From assembly GCA_036835125.1 (NCBI GenBank), contig DAITMO010000001.1, positions 1 to 55,443 on the forward strand: DNA of 55,443 nt, read 5' to 3'. Made by a program: the position numbers and the translations under genes. The stretch comes from Patescibacteria group bacterium (GTDB taxonomy: Bacteria > Patescibacteriota > Microgenomatia > UBA8517). Shown here piece by piece: positions 27,850 through 37,809 of this stretch (its first letter is position 1; the number at the start of each line of letters is the position of its first letter). The notes below the pieces were generated by a model. The model was not told the origin of the DNA and ran no database searches. It saw nothing but the letters and a program-made list of their open reading frames with translations.

Positions 27850-28176
27850 TCATTTTTTGAATATTGCTTTTGTGATTTTGTTTATAACTGGAACCTCCCA
27901 CTGTTCTCCTTGCCAAGCCTTATAAATTAAGACCAACCAAAGAATGAAAGATACCAATCCAACAAGTGCTGATAATGGGAATAATATAATTGTTATTCCA
28001 AGCACCCATTGCAAAACAAAAAGAGTCACAAAAACAACAGTTGACTGCTTAGCATGGAACTTAACAAATGGATCTTTGGTGGTTACAAGGAAAAATATTC
28101 CTGTAATTGGCCCTAGTACATATGCCAAGGCTCCTGCTGTTTCTTTTTTAAGTCCTAAATCTTTTTTCTCTGCCAT
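27850..28176 (-). CDS. DUF4870 family small membrane protein
   Basis: GALAYVLG...G, FVKFHAKQS, W.VPVI. Confidence 0.75.
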   Translation of the reverse strand: MAEKKDLGLKKETAGALAYVLGPITGIFFLVTTKDPFVKFHAKQSTVVFVTLFVLQWVLGITIILFPLSALVGLVSFILWLVLIYKAWQGEQWEVPVINKITKAIFKK

Positions 28177-28243
28177 ATACTTTTCACCTCCAATTCTTCC
28201 TACATCTTTTCACAAAAACACATATTTGGTCAACAGGCATATT

Positions 28244-29644
28244 TTACAAAAATGAAAGCAAAGTTTTTATTGAGAAGAAACCAAAAAATATAAACATAAA
28301 AAGAAGAACTCCCATTCTAAATAAAGAAGGTCTAATTGGTTTTTCTAGCTTTTTATAGTTTAGATATGCAACAAGACCAATATATACAAACATTGATAGG
28401 GCGTTTAATACAGCAGATAGTGTTAGAAGTGTCAAAGGTTCTGAAAAACCAATTGCCAGAATTATAATTCCCAGTATTATCTGAATCCACAAAAATACAT
28501 AGAAATTTCTTCTTATTGAGCTTGAGGGAAATTTATTGGGAGAAATCAAAGTTAGGTTTTCAGTCAAAATTCTAGAAGTTGTATCCATTACTCCAAGCTG
28601 AGTTGAAAAAAGCATGAGGGAAGCAATTATCAAGAATAAACTACCAACAAAAGGAAATGTTTTTTGACCAATTACTAAAGCTTCACTAAAAACAAATGAT
28701 AAATTGTTTACTCCTCCACTCCCAAATACTGTGAGATAGGAAAGAAATGCCAAAAGAACTATTGTAATAGCTCCCATTGCCCAAAATACTATCCCATGTT
28801 CAATGTTTATAAGTCTCCACCATTTTTTGAATCTCGAGACTTGTTCGTCGTTAATCTCAAACTTTGTTCCTGTTAAATCTATGTTTTCACTTTTACCTGT
28901 AAGAAGGCTTGTTATTCTTCCTGCAAATTTTCCCATTCCAAAACCTTTTTCTTTTATATAAAAAGATTGGGCAAGGTTTAAGTTTCCTCCTGCACCCGCA
29001 TAGGCAATTGCCCCCAAAAATGATGCAAAGGGAATTGTGGCAGGTAAAAACCAATAATCTAGCCCTTTTCCTATCAGTCCCTGTCCCAAGGCAGACCAGT
29101 CTGGAGCTTTTGCTAAAACTAAGACCAAAAGAAATATAAATGGAGTACCTATTAGAATCATATATTTTTGTACAAATTCTTGGGTTTTATAGAGAACTGG
29201 ACCGAGAGTCAGGATTACTCCAACGAGTATTAAAAGAATTATTGAGAATAACCTTGTATTGGTTATTCCCAAAACATTTCCTAGAATTGTTGCACTTGAA
29301 GTTATTATTCCTGGCCACATCCAAGGAATAATTGTTGAAAAAATAAACCAAAAAGGAAAGAGTTTTCCAAATCTAGCAAGGCCTACAAATATGCTTTCCC
29401 CACGCACCAGTGCATACCTTTCTATCTCCATATTGATGAAAAACTGCATTGTAATTCCTATTACCGCTGCCCAGATTATCCCCATGCCAAACTTGCTTGT
29501 AAGATATGGCCACATGATTAGCTCCCCACTTCCAAGTCCAAGCCCCAAAAGAATAAAGGAAGGACCAAGAAGTTTTTTAAAAGATGGAGCTTTTGGAATT
29601 TCTTCAATTTTATGCTGATTAAGCACATTCTGATCTTTAAGCAT
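28244..29644 (-). CDS. Nramp/MntH-related divalent metal transporter (YcsG-like)
   Basis: LGPSFILLGLGLGSGELIMWP, ERYAL..GES, about 11 TM segments. Confidence 0.8.
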   Translation of the reverse strand: MLKDQNVLNQHKIEEIPKAPSFKKLLGPSFILLGLGLGSGELIMWPYLTSKFGMGIIWAAVIGITMQFFINMEIERYALVRGESIFVGLARFGKLFPFWFIFSTIIPWMWPGIITSSATILGNVLGITNTRLFSIILLILVGVILTLGPVLYKTQEFVQKYMILIGTPFIFLLVLVLAKAPDWSALGQGLIGKGLDYWFLPATIPFASFLGAIAYAGAGGNLNLAQSFYIKEKGFGMGKFAGRITSLLTGKSENIDLTGTKFEINDEQVSRFKKWWRLINIEHGIVFWAMGAITIVLLAFLSYLTVFGSGGVNNLSFVFSEALVIGQKTFPFVGSLFLIIASLMLFSTQLGVMDTTSRILTENLTLISPNKFPSSSIRRNFYVFLWIQIILGIIILAIGFSEPLTLLTLSAVLNALSMFVYIGLVAYLNYKKLEKPIRPSLFRMGVLLFMFIFFGFFSIKTLLSFL

Positions 29645-29670
29645 TAATTAATCCTAACATATTATGTATA

Positions 29671-31374
29671 TTAGGATTTTTGAATTTTATGAATGGCTTT
29701 TAATTCATCAATATCTGTTACATTGGAAAATCCTCTATCATCTCTAAAGCGAACTAATCTGGGAAATCTTAAGGCTAGGCCTGCAGTATGTTTGGGGCTA
29801 ACTGTTATCTCATCTGCTGCAAGCTCAACTACAACTTTGGGAAGTGCCCAAAAGTCTGGTTCTAGATCTTTATCTACCACATATTCTTTTGGTTTTTCTT
29901 TTGAGACAACTTCTTTTAACCTTCTCTTTAATTCTCTAAACTGATCATCTGTTAGTCCAGTTCCTACTTTGGTAACAGTTTTGAAAGTATCTTTATCTTT
30001 CACTCCTGCTAAAAATTGACCTATTCCAAACCCTACTCTTTTACCTTTCCCTGCAGTGTAACCCATGACAACGCAGTCAATAGTATCTGATAGCTTACCC
30101 CTTGTTCCCTCTACTTCTTTCATCTTTACCCAATTCCAACCAGTACGACCTGAAACATAACCTGCACTAATTCTTTTTGCTATTATTCCTTCAAGCCCCA
30201 TCTTTAGATATTTTTTATGAAAGGTTCTTATTACCTCAGGATCTTTTGTAATTGTATTTTCATCTACTCTTAAGAGTTTTCCTGAGATAATCGTTTTTTC
30301 AAGTTCTTTTCTTCTTTCAATATATGGTTTATCCATGAAACTCTTTCCATTCTTTAAAAGAATATCAAAAACTTGAAACTGAAGAGGAATATCGTTTGCA
30401 GTTTGCCCAACATCATGTTTTCTTCTCCTTTGGATTGTTTTTTGGAAGTCTAAAAATATTTGTCTTTTCTCATCAATCCCAATTCCTTCAGAGTCCAAAA
30501 TCACTTCATCTGCTTTTATGAATTTTCCCACTTCTTTTAGTTCTGGAAAAGTATCTAGGGAAATTGAATTCATGTTTCTTGTAAATATTTTTGTTTCCTC
30601 TCCTTTTTTATAATGGATAAAAATCCTTAAACCATCAAATTTTGGTTCAACTGATACTTCCCCCATCTTTTTAATCATGTCGGTAGGACTATTGAGGCGT
30701 GCAGCAAGCATGGGAACAACAGGAACTCCAATTTCAGGTTTGGCAGATTCTAATTTGTTTTCTTTTACAAGTTTTGCAATGTACCCGATGTCTGGCCTTA
30801 TGTTGTATGCTTCTTCAATTTTACCAGCGGGAACCTGGGTAACTTTCGAGAGTGCATCAATTACTGTTTTTTCTGAAAAACCTAAACGAAGTCTTCCTAC
30901 TGGGATTCTGGCAATAAATCTGGCAGAAAGTGGGTCTATTACTTTTAGAATATCTGCCATTTTTGAGATCTTTCTATCTTGACTTCCTTCTCCCCCATCT
31001 TTGGCAATATTTAACAACTTTTCGTAGATTTCAATTGTGCTTAGAACTTTTATTTTATTATCATTCTTATTCTTGTTTATGTTTAGTTCTTCCGCAGTGT
31101 TACCAATATCTCCCAGTTTTTTATAAAGTGTTCTTACTTCATCAGTAGGCACTCCATATGCTTCAGAAAGAACTCTAATCATCATCTTTTCTGCCAAGTT
31201 TAAGATTATCCCTTCGTAATTTGGAGCTAGTATTCCGAGAGATAAATAAACAATTTTGTCTATTTCAGAAGCTTCAGATTTCTCAAAAAGTTGAGATAAT
31301 ATTTTGGTAATTTCAAGCCTGGAGGGAGTCTTTTCTAGTCTATCTAAATAGAGAGAAAATTCTGACAAATTCAT
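29671..31374 (-). CDS. lig: ATP-dependent DNA ligase with N-terminal DNA-binding domain
   Basis: EPKFDG adenylation motif, ILDSE, EGIIAK, WVKMK, KVGTG, LRFPR. Confidence 0.95.
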   Translation of the reverse strand: MNLSEFSLYLDRLEKTPSRLEITKILSQLFEKSEASEIDKIVYLSLGILAPNYEGIILNLAEKMMIRVLSEAYGVPTDEVRTLYKKLGDIGNTAEELNINKNKNDNKIKVLSTIEIYEKLLNIAKDGGEGSQDRKISKMADILKVIDPLSARFIARIPVGRLRLGFSEKTVIDALSKVTQVPAGKIEEAYNIRPDIGYIAKLVKENKLESAKPEIGVPVVPMLAARLNSPTDMIKKMGEVSVEPKFDGLRIFIHYKKGEETKIFTRNMNSISLDTFPELKEVGKFIKADEVILDSEGIGIDEKRQIFLDFQKTIQRRRKHDVGQTANDIPLQFQVFDILLKNGKSFMDKPYIERRKELEKTIISGKLLRVDENTITKDPEVIRTFHKKYLKMGLEGIIAKRISAGYVSGRTGWNWVKMKEVEGTRGKLSDTIDCVVMGYTAGKGKRVGFGIGQFLAGVKDKDTFKTVTKVGTGLTDDQFRELKRRLKEVVSKEKPKEYVVDKDLEPDFWALPKVVVELAADEITVSPKHTAGLALRFPRLVRFRDDRGFSNVTDIDELKAIHKIQKS

Positions 31375-31392
31375 TGTAATCCGATTATATTG

Positions 31393-31602
31393 CTATATGC
31401 TTACATTTGCCATCATGAAATTTGTGAAGAAAAAGTAGGCAAAAATGACTAAACCAATGAAAAGAAATCCAAAAAGAATAGAAACTACTCCATTATTCTC
31501 TTCATGACAAATTTTATTAATTCCTTCACCAACTAAAGTCAATCCGAAAAGACTCGGTACAATCAAAATCATGTACAAGACCTGTGGGTCGTTAATGCTC
31601 AT
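31393..31602 (-). CDS. Small two-TM membrane protein
   Basis: Two hydrophobic helices with LTLVGEG..K. Confidence 0.6.
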   Translation of the reverse strand: MSINDPQVLYMILIVPSLFGLTLVGEGINKICHEENNGVVSILFGFLFIGLVIFAYFFFTNFMMANVSI

Positions 31603-31642
31603 TTACGTTTATAGCAAAATTTATTTACACTGAAAGCAAAAT

Positions 31643-32707
31643 TTATTTATTTGCAATCACATATTTACTTGCTTTAGTACTTCCCGTTTTCTTTAATATT
31701 CCTTTACTCAAAAGGTCTCTTAATTCTCTTAAAATTGTGTCTTCGGAAACCATTGAGAGAACTTTTTTAAGCTCCGCCATGCCTCCACTACCTTGATCTG
31801 AGATATATTCAATTAGCCTCATTTGGCGTTCATTTAAAGCAACTTGTTCGCCAAACTTTACCTTAAGCCTTGAATCAACTGAAAGCTTCCTCACTTTATC
31901 TTTTATCTTTTCAAGTTCAGCAGCAACAACTTCAGTGAAATACTCAAGCCATGGAGTGATATCACGCATTCCAATATTGGGAGACTGTTTATCTACTTGC
32001 CCTAAAGCTTCATAGTAGGCAGCAGGGTCGTCATCAAAATGTTCTTCGAGTGAGAAAAACTTTTTAATATCATAACCCTCTCTCATGAGAACCAGTGTTG
32101 AAAAAGCCCTGACAGTTCTACCATTTCCTTCAACAAACGGATGAATTGCAACGAGTATATAGTGAGCAATGGCCGATCTTAAAATTGGATGCATTTGACT
32201 AGCAGTAGCGTCATTTAACCATTCAATAAAGTCATCTAGTAGAAAAGGAACCTCATGAGAAGGAGGTGGTTGAAATATAACTTTTCCTGTTCCCTCTTCT
32301 TTAATTACAACCTCTGTACTTCTAAAAACCCCAACTTTTTCGGGAACTATAATTCTGTCAACTGTTAGTTTATGGATATCTTTAAGCATATCTGTCTCAT
32401 ACCCCCCTCTTTTAACAGCTAGTTCATCAAGAAGAGTCATTACATTTCTGTAGTTAATAACTTCCTGGATATCACGAGCCCGTCCATATACTTCAGCTCC
32501 TTCTAGGATTTTCTTTGTCTGATAGAGGGTTAAATCATTTCCTTCAATGTGAGTACCGTGGTGGATTGTACGAACCTGTGCATCACTTTGGAACTGTTTT
32601 GCAAATGATGGGACTAAAGGAGCATTCTCAATGACTTCACGGCTTGCTTCAATTGAACCTATGTTTTTTAATACTTTGTTACTGATTACATATTTTGGCT
32701 GATACAT
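31643..32707 (-). CDS. Fic family protein with C-terminal DeoR-like HTH
   Basis: HPFVEGNGRTVR full Fic motif; N-terminal THIEGN; SEDTILREL..L..KG. Confidence 0.92.
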   Translation of the reverse strand: MYQPKYVISNKVLKNIGSIEASREVIENAPLVPSFAKQFQSDAQVRTIHHGTHIEGNDLTLYQTKKILEGAEVYGRARDIQEVINYRNVMTLLDELAVKRGGYETDMLKDIHKLTVDRIIVPEKVGVFRSTEVVIKEEGTGKVIFQPPPSHEVPFLLDDFIEWLNDATASQMHPILRSAIAHYILVAIHPFVEGNGRTVRAFSTLVLMREGYDIKKFFSLEEHFDDDPAAYYEALGQVDKQSPNIGMRDITPWLEYFTEVVAAELEKIKDKVRKLSVDSRLKVKFGEQVALNERQMRLIEYISDQGSGGMAELKKVLSMVSEDTILRELRDLLSKGILKKTGSTKASKYVIANK

Positions 32708-32719
32708 ACTACTTATATA

Positions 32720-33559
32720 TTAACGCAAAAGCTGCGGTAAAAGAAGAGGGATTTTATTTGCTAAATCATCAGCATTGTAGGCAGTACCAACTTCTTCAAA
32801 CAATCTATCAGATGTGTTCTTTATAATATATGAAGCAGCAGCTCCTGCTATAAATGGATCGTTTTTGGACAGAAGTGCTGTAGTAAGCCCAGCCTGGACA
32901 TCCCCTGTTCCCCCTTTGGTAAGTCCTGCATTTCCACCTTTAACTATTACACATTTATCAGAAGAACAAACAATGGTTTCAGGTTTTTTATATACAATTG
33001 TGCAATTGTATTTTTGGGAAGCTTGGGATACTTCCATATTTCCAAATAAATTTTTATATTCTTTTTGGTTTGGGGTAAGTACTGCACTTCTCGGAATCCA
33101 TTCTTTTTCAAGAACTTGGAGAGCTCCTCCATCAATGACCCATTTTTTGTTTGGAAATTTTGTTAAAAACTTCTTTACCATCTGAGAAGATTGTCGGCAT
33201 GCTTCATCACACATTAATCTTTCTTCTTCTGTTGATTTTTCACTTCGATAACGCATAAGACCAGGCCCTATTAAAATAGCATCTGATTTTTCAATATAGC
33301 TTTCAACTTCATTCCAAGGAACCCAAATAAAAGAAAATAGTTTTGATTTGATAGAGTTAGCAACTTCACCAACACTTTTCTCTGGTGAACTAAAATAGAC
33401 CATATCCACAAACCTTGAAGCTGTGACTAGGGACAAGAGAGGTGCCCCATGAAAGAGATTGGAACCTCCTATTATTGTTATCTGGCCATTATTGCCTTTG
33501 TTCGAGTTTGGATCTGGAACAAATAAATTTTTTATGTCTTTTGGATCAAAGATTTGCAT
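32720..33559 (-). CDS. nnrD: ADP-dependent NAD(P)H-hydrate dehydratase
   Basis: KG.NG....IGGS....GAP, IGPG, VIDGGAL, LTPN..E, TKGGTGDV. Confidence 0.88.
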   Translation of the reverse strand: MQIFDPKDIKNLFVPDPNSNKGNNGQITIIGGSNLFHGAPLLSLVTASRFVDMVYFSSPEKSVGEVANSIKSKLFSFIWVPWNEVESYIEKSDAILIGPGLMRYRSEKSTEEERLMCDEACRQSSQMVKKFLTKFPNKKWVIDGGALQVLEKEWIPRSAVLTPNQKEYKNLFGNMEVSQASQKYNCTIVYKKPETIVCSSDKCVIVKGGNAGLTKGGTGDVQAGLTTALLSKNDPFIAGAAASYIIKNTSDRLFEEVGTAYNADDLANKIPLLLPQLLR

Positions 33560-33579
33560 AATAATATATACTTAAGTAT

Positions 33580-33849
33580 ATGCCAAAAAGCATACATAAA
33601 ATAAGGAGTGATGCCAAAAAAGTCAAAAAAGAAATCATGACTCAGATGCTTACCTTGGCAACAAGCGGATTTGGTCTTGTGGCAGCTTTAGCCTGGAACA
33701 ACCTAATACAGGAGTTTGTGGAGGCGTATATCAAGCCTTTGGTTGGGGGTGCTTCAGGAATTATTTCACTTCTAATTTATGCAGTTTTGGTGACGGCGCT
33801 TGCGGTATTAATTACCTACAATTTATCAAAACTTGTGAAAAAAAATTAA
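33580..33849 (+). CDS. DUF5654 family membrane protein
   Basis: LATSGFGLVAALAWN..IQ, LIYAVLVT. Confidence 0.8.
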   Translation: MPKSIHKIRSDAKKVKKEIMTQMLTLATSGFGLVAALAWNNLIQEFVEAYIKPLVGGASGIISLLIYAVLVTALAVLITYNLSKLVKKN

Positions 33850-34199
33850 TCATCTTTCGCTCCACCCATTGGTCGTCCGGCTGCATCAAATTTTTCTGCA
33901 GCTCTTTTTCCTAGAGCAGCAATGTCAACAGGCCTATCATCTTTTGTTTCTTGAACTGGTTTGGACGCATTTATCCAAAGTTCAATTTCCCTATCTGTTG
34001 GGTATCCGCTCATTAAAGTATCGATTACACTAGAAGTAAGAGCTGGAGGTCTGCCGTGTACTCTATTTGAAGCATCAACAAAAAGCTTGGCTCTCTTTTT
34101 TGAAACCTCTAACATTTCACTGGAGGTAAGACCTTCCATTTTATCTCTCCAATATCTACCCGGGTCAAACGGTTCACCTTCTTTTGGACTATATTCCAT
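33846..34199 (-). CDS. Hypothetical protein (117 aa)
   Basis: ORF in line with recF; no motif. Confidence 0.55.
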   Translation of the reverse strand: MEYSPKEGEPFDPGRYWRDKMEGLTSSEMLEVSKKRAKLFVDASNRVHGRPPALTSSVIDTLMSGYPTDREIELWINASKPVQETKDDRPVDIAALGKRAAEKFDAAGRPMGGAKDD

Positions 34200-34209
34200 G
34201 TTTTTTATT

Positions 34210-35259
34210 TTATCTTGTTAAATCAATTTTCTCCACTTTTTTTAAGTCTTTTGCAAAATTGTCATCAACTGAAGTAATTATTGTTTGTTGTTTATCTGCT
34301 ATACCTAAAACAATGGATCTATGTTCATCATCAAGTTCTGAGAATATATCGTCCAATAGTAGTGTAGGTCTTTCTTCTATTTTTCCTTCAATAAAAGAAA
34401 GTTCTGCCATTTTTAGCCACAAAACTCCCATTCTTTGTTCTCCCCTACTTCCAAAACTAGAAAGGCTTCTTTCCCCTTTATTAAAAATAAAATCATCTCT
34501 ATGGGGACCTACTAATGTTGTTGCTGCTAAAACTTCTTCATCTTTATATTCTTCTAGTCTTCCGTTTGAGATAACACTTCTGTCATAGAAAAGGTTTAAT
34601 TTTAGACTGTTTATTTGAAAATTAAGGTCATTTACAAAATTGATAAATTCTTCTCGTTTTTTAGTAATATAGTCTCCGTTTTTAACAAGTAGTTGGTTCC
34701 AAAAAAGTAATCTATCACGGGTAGTATTTCCTTCCCTAATATCTAGAAGCACTCTATTTCTTTGTCTTAAACCTTTTTCGTATGAAAGAATCGATCTTCG
34801 ATATTCCTTATCTACTTGTGAGAGAACTGAGTCCAAAAACTTCCGTCTTATCGAGGGAGATTCTGTAACAAGGTCCATATCCCAAGGACCAAAAAGAACT
34901 GCTCTAAAGTTTCCTGAAAAATCTATCATTCGCCTGGCAACTCCATTCACTAAAAGCTTTTTTCTGGGAGCTTTCTCGAGCCTTTCCGCACCTATATCAA
35001 TAGTGCCGTTTGTTATAACTATCTCAAGTTTGGTTTCTGGCAAAGTTCCTGAGATCCTTGCAATATCTTTCTTATAATTAATAACTTCAGCTTCCAAATT
35101 TGCTTTAAAGCTCTTGCCTGTTGAGAGGAAATACAAACTTTCTAGAATATTAGTTTTCCCTGAAGCATTGGGGCCAAGAATTAGAGTGATTCCGGGAAGA
35201 AAACCAATTTCTTTATTTTTAAAATTTCTAAAATTTGTTAGTTTAATACTTTTTATCAT
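34210..35259 (-). CDS. recF: DNA replication and repair protein RecF
   Basis: GPNASGKTNILE, GPHRDD, GSRGEQR, LLLDDIFSELD. Confidence 0.95.
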   Translation of the reverse strand: MIKSIKLTNFRNFKNKEIGFLPGITLILGPNASGKTNILESLYFLSTGKSFKANLEAEVINYKKDIARISGTLPETKLEIVITNGTIDIGAERLEKAPRKKLLVNGVARRMIDFSGNFRAVLFGPWDMDLVTESPSIRRKFLDSVLSQVDKEYRRSILSYEKGLRQRNRVLLDIREGNTTRDRLLFWNQLLVKNGDYITKKREEFINFVNDLNFQINSLKLNLFYDRSVISNGRLEEYKDEEVLAATTLVGPHRDDFIFNKGERSLSSFGSRGEQRMGVLWLKMAELSFIEGKIEERPTLLLDDIFSELDDEHRSIVLGIADKQQTIITSVDDNFAKDLKKVEKIDLTR

Positions 35260-35286
35260 TTTTTTAAATTCTCTTTGTATATTTAT

Positions 35287-36132
35287 TTATTTCTGGCAGA
35301 CTGGACAAAAGTAAGTTCCACGTCCACTTAAAAAATATTTTTTAATTATGGACTTATGGCACCGGGAACAAGGTTGTCCTTCATGTCCATATACCAGAGT
35401 ATGGTTTTGATAGCTTCCTTCAGTTCCATCTGGAGTTACGAAGGCAAGTTCGGAGGCTCCCCCATATTTAATTCCTTCTTTTAAGACAGATATTATTGCT
35501 TCAAAAAGTGCTTTTTGTTCTTTTGAATCTAGACTATTTGATTTGCGTTTTGGATCAATACCAGATAGCCACAAAGCATCATTTGCATAAATGTTCCCTA
35601 CTCCTCCAATTTTTGTTTGATCCATGAGAATAATTTTTATAGCTCTTGAGGTTTTGGTAAGAATTTCTTTAAAGTTTTCTAATGTTAAATCTTTGAATGG
35701 TTCGGGACCTAATTTTTTGATGAAAGGTTCCTGCCCTACATCCTTTGTTTTTACAATTCTAATCCAACCAAAACGCCTGACATCGTTGTAGTACAATCTT
35801 CCACCTCGGTCTAGATTAAAGATTACTAAGGTGTGAGGTCCGGGAATTCCACCAATTACTTTTTTAGATAATTCTTTGGGGTTTAAAAGATTTGGACCTC
35901 TATAAATAAATTGTCCTGTCAGTTTTACATGGGCAAGGATTGAATAACCATTTGAAAGATCAATTACAGCCACCTTTCCAAATCTCCTAGTACCAGTTAC
36001 TTTTGAATCTAATATTGGCTTTGAATCCATTTCAAATTTTGGATTTTTAACTTCAACAGATTCAATTTTGTGACCTTTTAGATATTTTCCAAGTTGGAGT
36101 TTGATTGATTCTACCTCAGGTAATTCCGGCAT
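35287..36132 (-). CDS. mutM: Formamidopyrimidine-DNA glycosylase
   Basis: MPELPEVE, H.KLTG, D.RRFG, MDQ..IGGVGNIYA, zinc finger CSRC..CPVC. Confidence 0.96.
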   Translation of the reverse strand: MPELPEVESIKLQLGKYLKGHKIESVEVKNPKFEMDSKPILDSKVTGTRRFGKVAVIDLSNGYSILAHVKLTGQFIYRGPNLLNPKELSKKVIGGIPGPHTLVIFNLDRGGRLYYNDVRRFGWIRIVKTKDVGQEPFIKKLGPEPFKDLTLENFKEILTKTSRAIKIILMDQTKIGGVGNIYANDALWLSGIDPKRKSNSLDSKEQKALFEAIISVLKEGIKYGGASELAFVTPDGTEGSYQNHTLVYGHEGQPCSRCHKSIIKKYFLSGRGTYFCPVCQK

Positions 36133-36205
36133 GAGCCAATGTTATCACAAAGCAGCTGCTTGACAAACAAATTCTGTCAATATAGACTCAGGCCATATTT
36201 AAATC

Positions 36206-36703
36206 ATGTCAGCAGACAATAAACCACAAGTCATTTTGAACGAGCACAACGATAAAGTACCTTTTAGTGAACTTGTGGAAGTGCTTACCAATATGGGCTT
36301 AGAGACAAGATTGAAGCCAGAAATTTGTTCTTTTGCCAAGTTTAAAATTACTAAAGAAGGTAGAGATGTAAATAGAGTTACTATTGAAGTCCAGCGTCCC
36401 AATGGACGTGTTGCCCGTTGTTTTTTATCTAGACATTACGGAGAAGGTGAGGGCGAGCCTGTTGCTGTGTATCTAGGGTTTGCTAGTGAATATAATCCCA
36501 AAGAACTCGAGGAAAAACATGACATTGTAGAAGTTGAAGGAGTCTCTGTCTATGGGAGTTACCCTCTCCCGATTAAAGCTATACAGTCAGACAAAGACAT
36601 CAAAAGAAAATGGAATACAATATATTTCATATGTAAACCTTTACCAAACCAGATAGGAAAAGTGTTGAACATAAATCAAAACGGAATTATCAATCTTCAA
36701 TAA
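36206..36703 (+). CDS. Hypothetical protein (165 aa)
   Basis: ORF on the opposite strand between mutM and the GT; no motif. Confidence 0.6.
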   Translation: MSADNKPQVILNEHNDKVPFSELVEVLTNMGLETRLKPEICSFAKFKITKEGRDVNRVTIEVQRPNGRVARCFLSRHYGEGEGEPVAVYLGFASEYNPKELEEKHDIVEVEGVSVYGSYPLPIKAIQSDKDIKRKWNTIYFICKPLPNQIGKVLNINQNGIINLQ

Positions 36704-37802
36704 TTCTATCCACACATTCACTCAATTTTTTTCCAAATCTTTCTTTTGAAAACTTTTCTGCATTTCTAACTATTTCTTCTTTATTCCATTTTGTGCTTAG
36801 TAGCTTTTTGACCCCTATTTCTAAATCTTTCTCACTTGTTGAATCTACAAATATTCCGGTTTTTCCTTCAATTACAGATTCTTTATATCCTCCACCATTG
36901 TATGCAAGTATTGGAATTCCTGCTGCTTGAGCTTCAACCAGAGTCATTCCAAAATCTTCATCACGAGCTAGAGCTATGAATCCTTTTGCTTTTCCTAAAA
37001 GTTCATACATTTTTTCATCACTTATTCTTCCGGTAAGCTCAATGTTTCCACCTGAAAGTTTTTTTAGTCTTTCCTCTACATCGGCAAAACCATGCGATTC
37101 ACCAACTATTTTTAGGTTTATTCCTAGGCTCTTCATAACTTTTGCAGTTTCTTCTAATCCTTTTGCTCCGACAAGCCGGGAAACTACAATTAAGTAATCT
37201 TCTTGTTTTAAATCTTTGGTTGCCTTTTTTATTTTTTCTACTTCTATTGGAGGATAAATCACAGTGGAATCTTTTCCGTAATATTTTTTGATACGCCCTG
37301 CAACATTTTTTGAATTTGCTATCCAGTAATTAATTTTTTGTGCAGTTTTATAATCATATTTACGCATAAAATACCCAACAATCTTTGCGTAGATTTTTAC
37401 TGGCCAATATTTTGTAAATCCAACAGAGGTTTCATATCCATAAAGCCATCTGGGTGGTGTGTGGCAATATGCTATAACCTTTGTATTCTGTCCAACTTTA
37501 AAACCCCGGGTTATATACCAGCTGCAAGAAGTTATTACTAAATCATATTTTGAAAGATCAAAAGAACCCCAAATAAGAGGAGTCAAAAATCTCAATGGTG
37601 AATAAAGCCTCCAAATTTTTAAGATGGGAGCAAGTTTACTTTCAACAATATTTTTACCTTTAAATTCTTTTTCCGCGGTGGAATCCTTAACAGAAAATGC
37701 TGTATAAATTGGAGCTTCAGGATACATATCAGAAAGAGTTTTTAATACTCTTTCTGCTCCCCCAAATTCTTTTATATAATCATGAACTAGTGCTATTTTC
37801 AT
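36690..37802 (-). CDS. Glycosyltransferase family 4; likely start 37802
   Basis: MKIALVHD....GGAERVL, YCHTPPR, EDFGMT.VEAQAAG.P. Confidence 0.92.
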   Translation of the reverse strand: MKIALVHDYIKEFGGAERVLKTLSDMYPEAPIYTAFSVKDSTAEKEFKGKNIVESKLAPILKIWRLYSPLRFLTPLIWGSFDLSKYDLVITSCSWYITRGFKVGQNTKVIAYCHTPPRWLYGYETSVGFTKYWPVKIYAKIVGYFMRKYDYKTAQKINYWIANSKNVAGRIKKYYGKDSTVIYPPIEVEKIKKATKDLKQEDYLIVVSRLVGAKGLEETAKVMKSLGINLKIVGESHGFADVEERLKKLSGGNIELTGRISDEKMYELLGKAKGFIALARDEDFGMTLVEAQAAGIPILAYNGGGYKESVIEGKTGIFVDSTSEKDLEIGVKKLLSTKWNKEEIVRNAEKFSKERFGKKLSECVDRIIED

Positions 37803-37809
37803 AAATAAA

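Noticed and set aside
29651-29677. ATCCTAACATATTATGTATATTAGGAT as a dif site
   Set aside because: Only a partial match to the XerD arm and none to the XerC arm; better explained as a hairpin at the ligase stop codon
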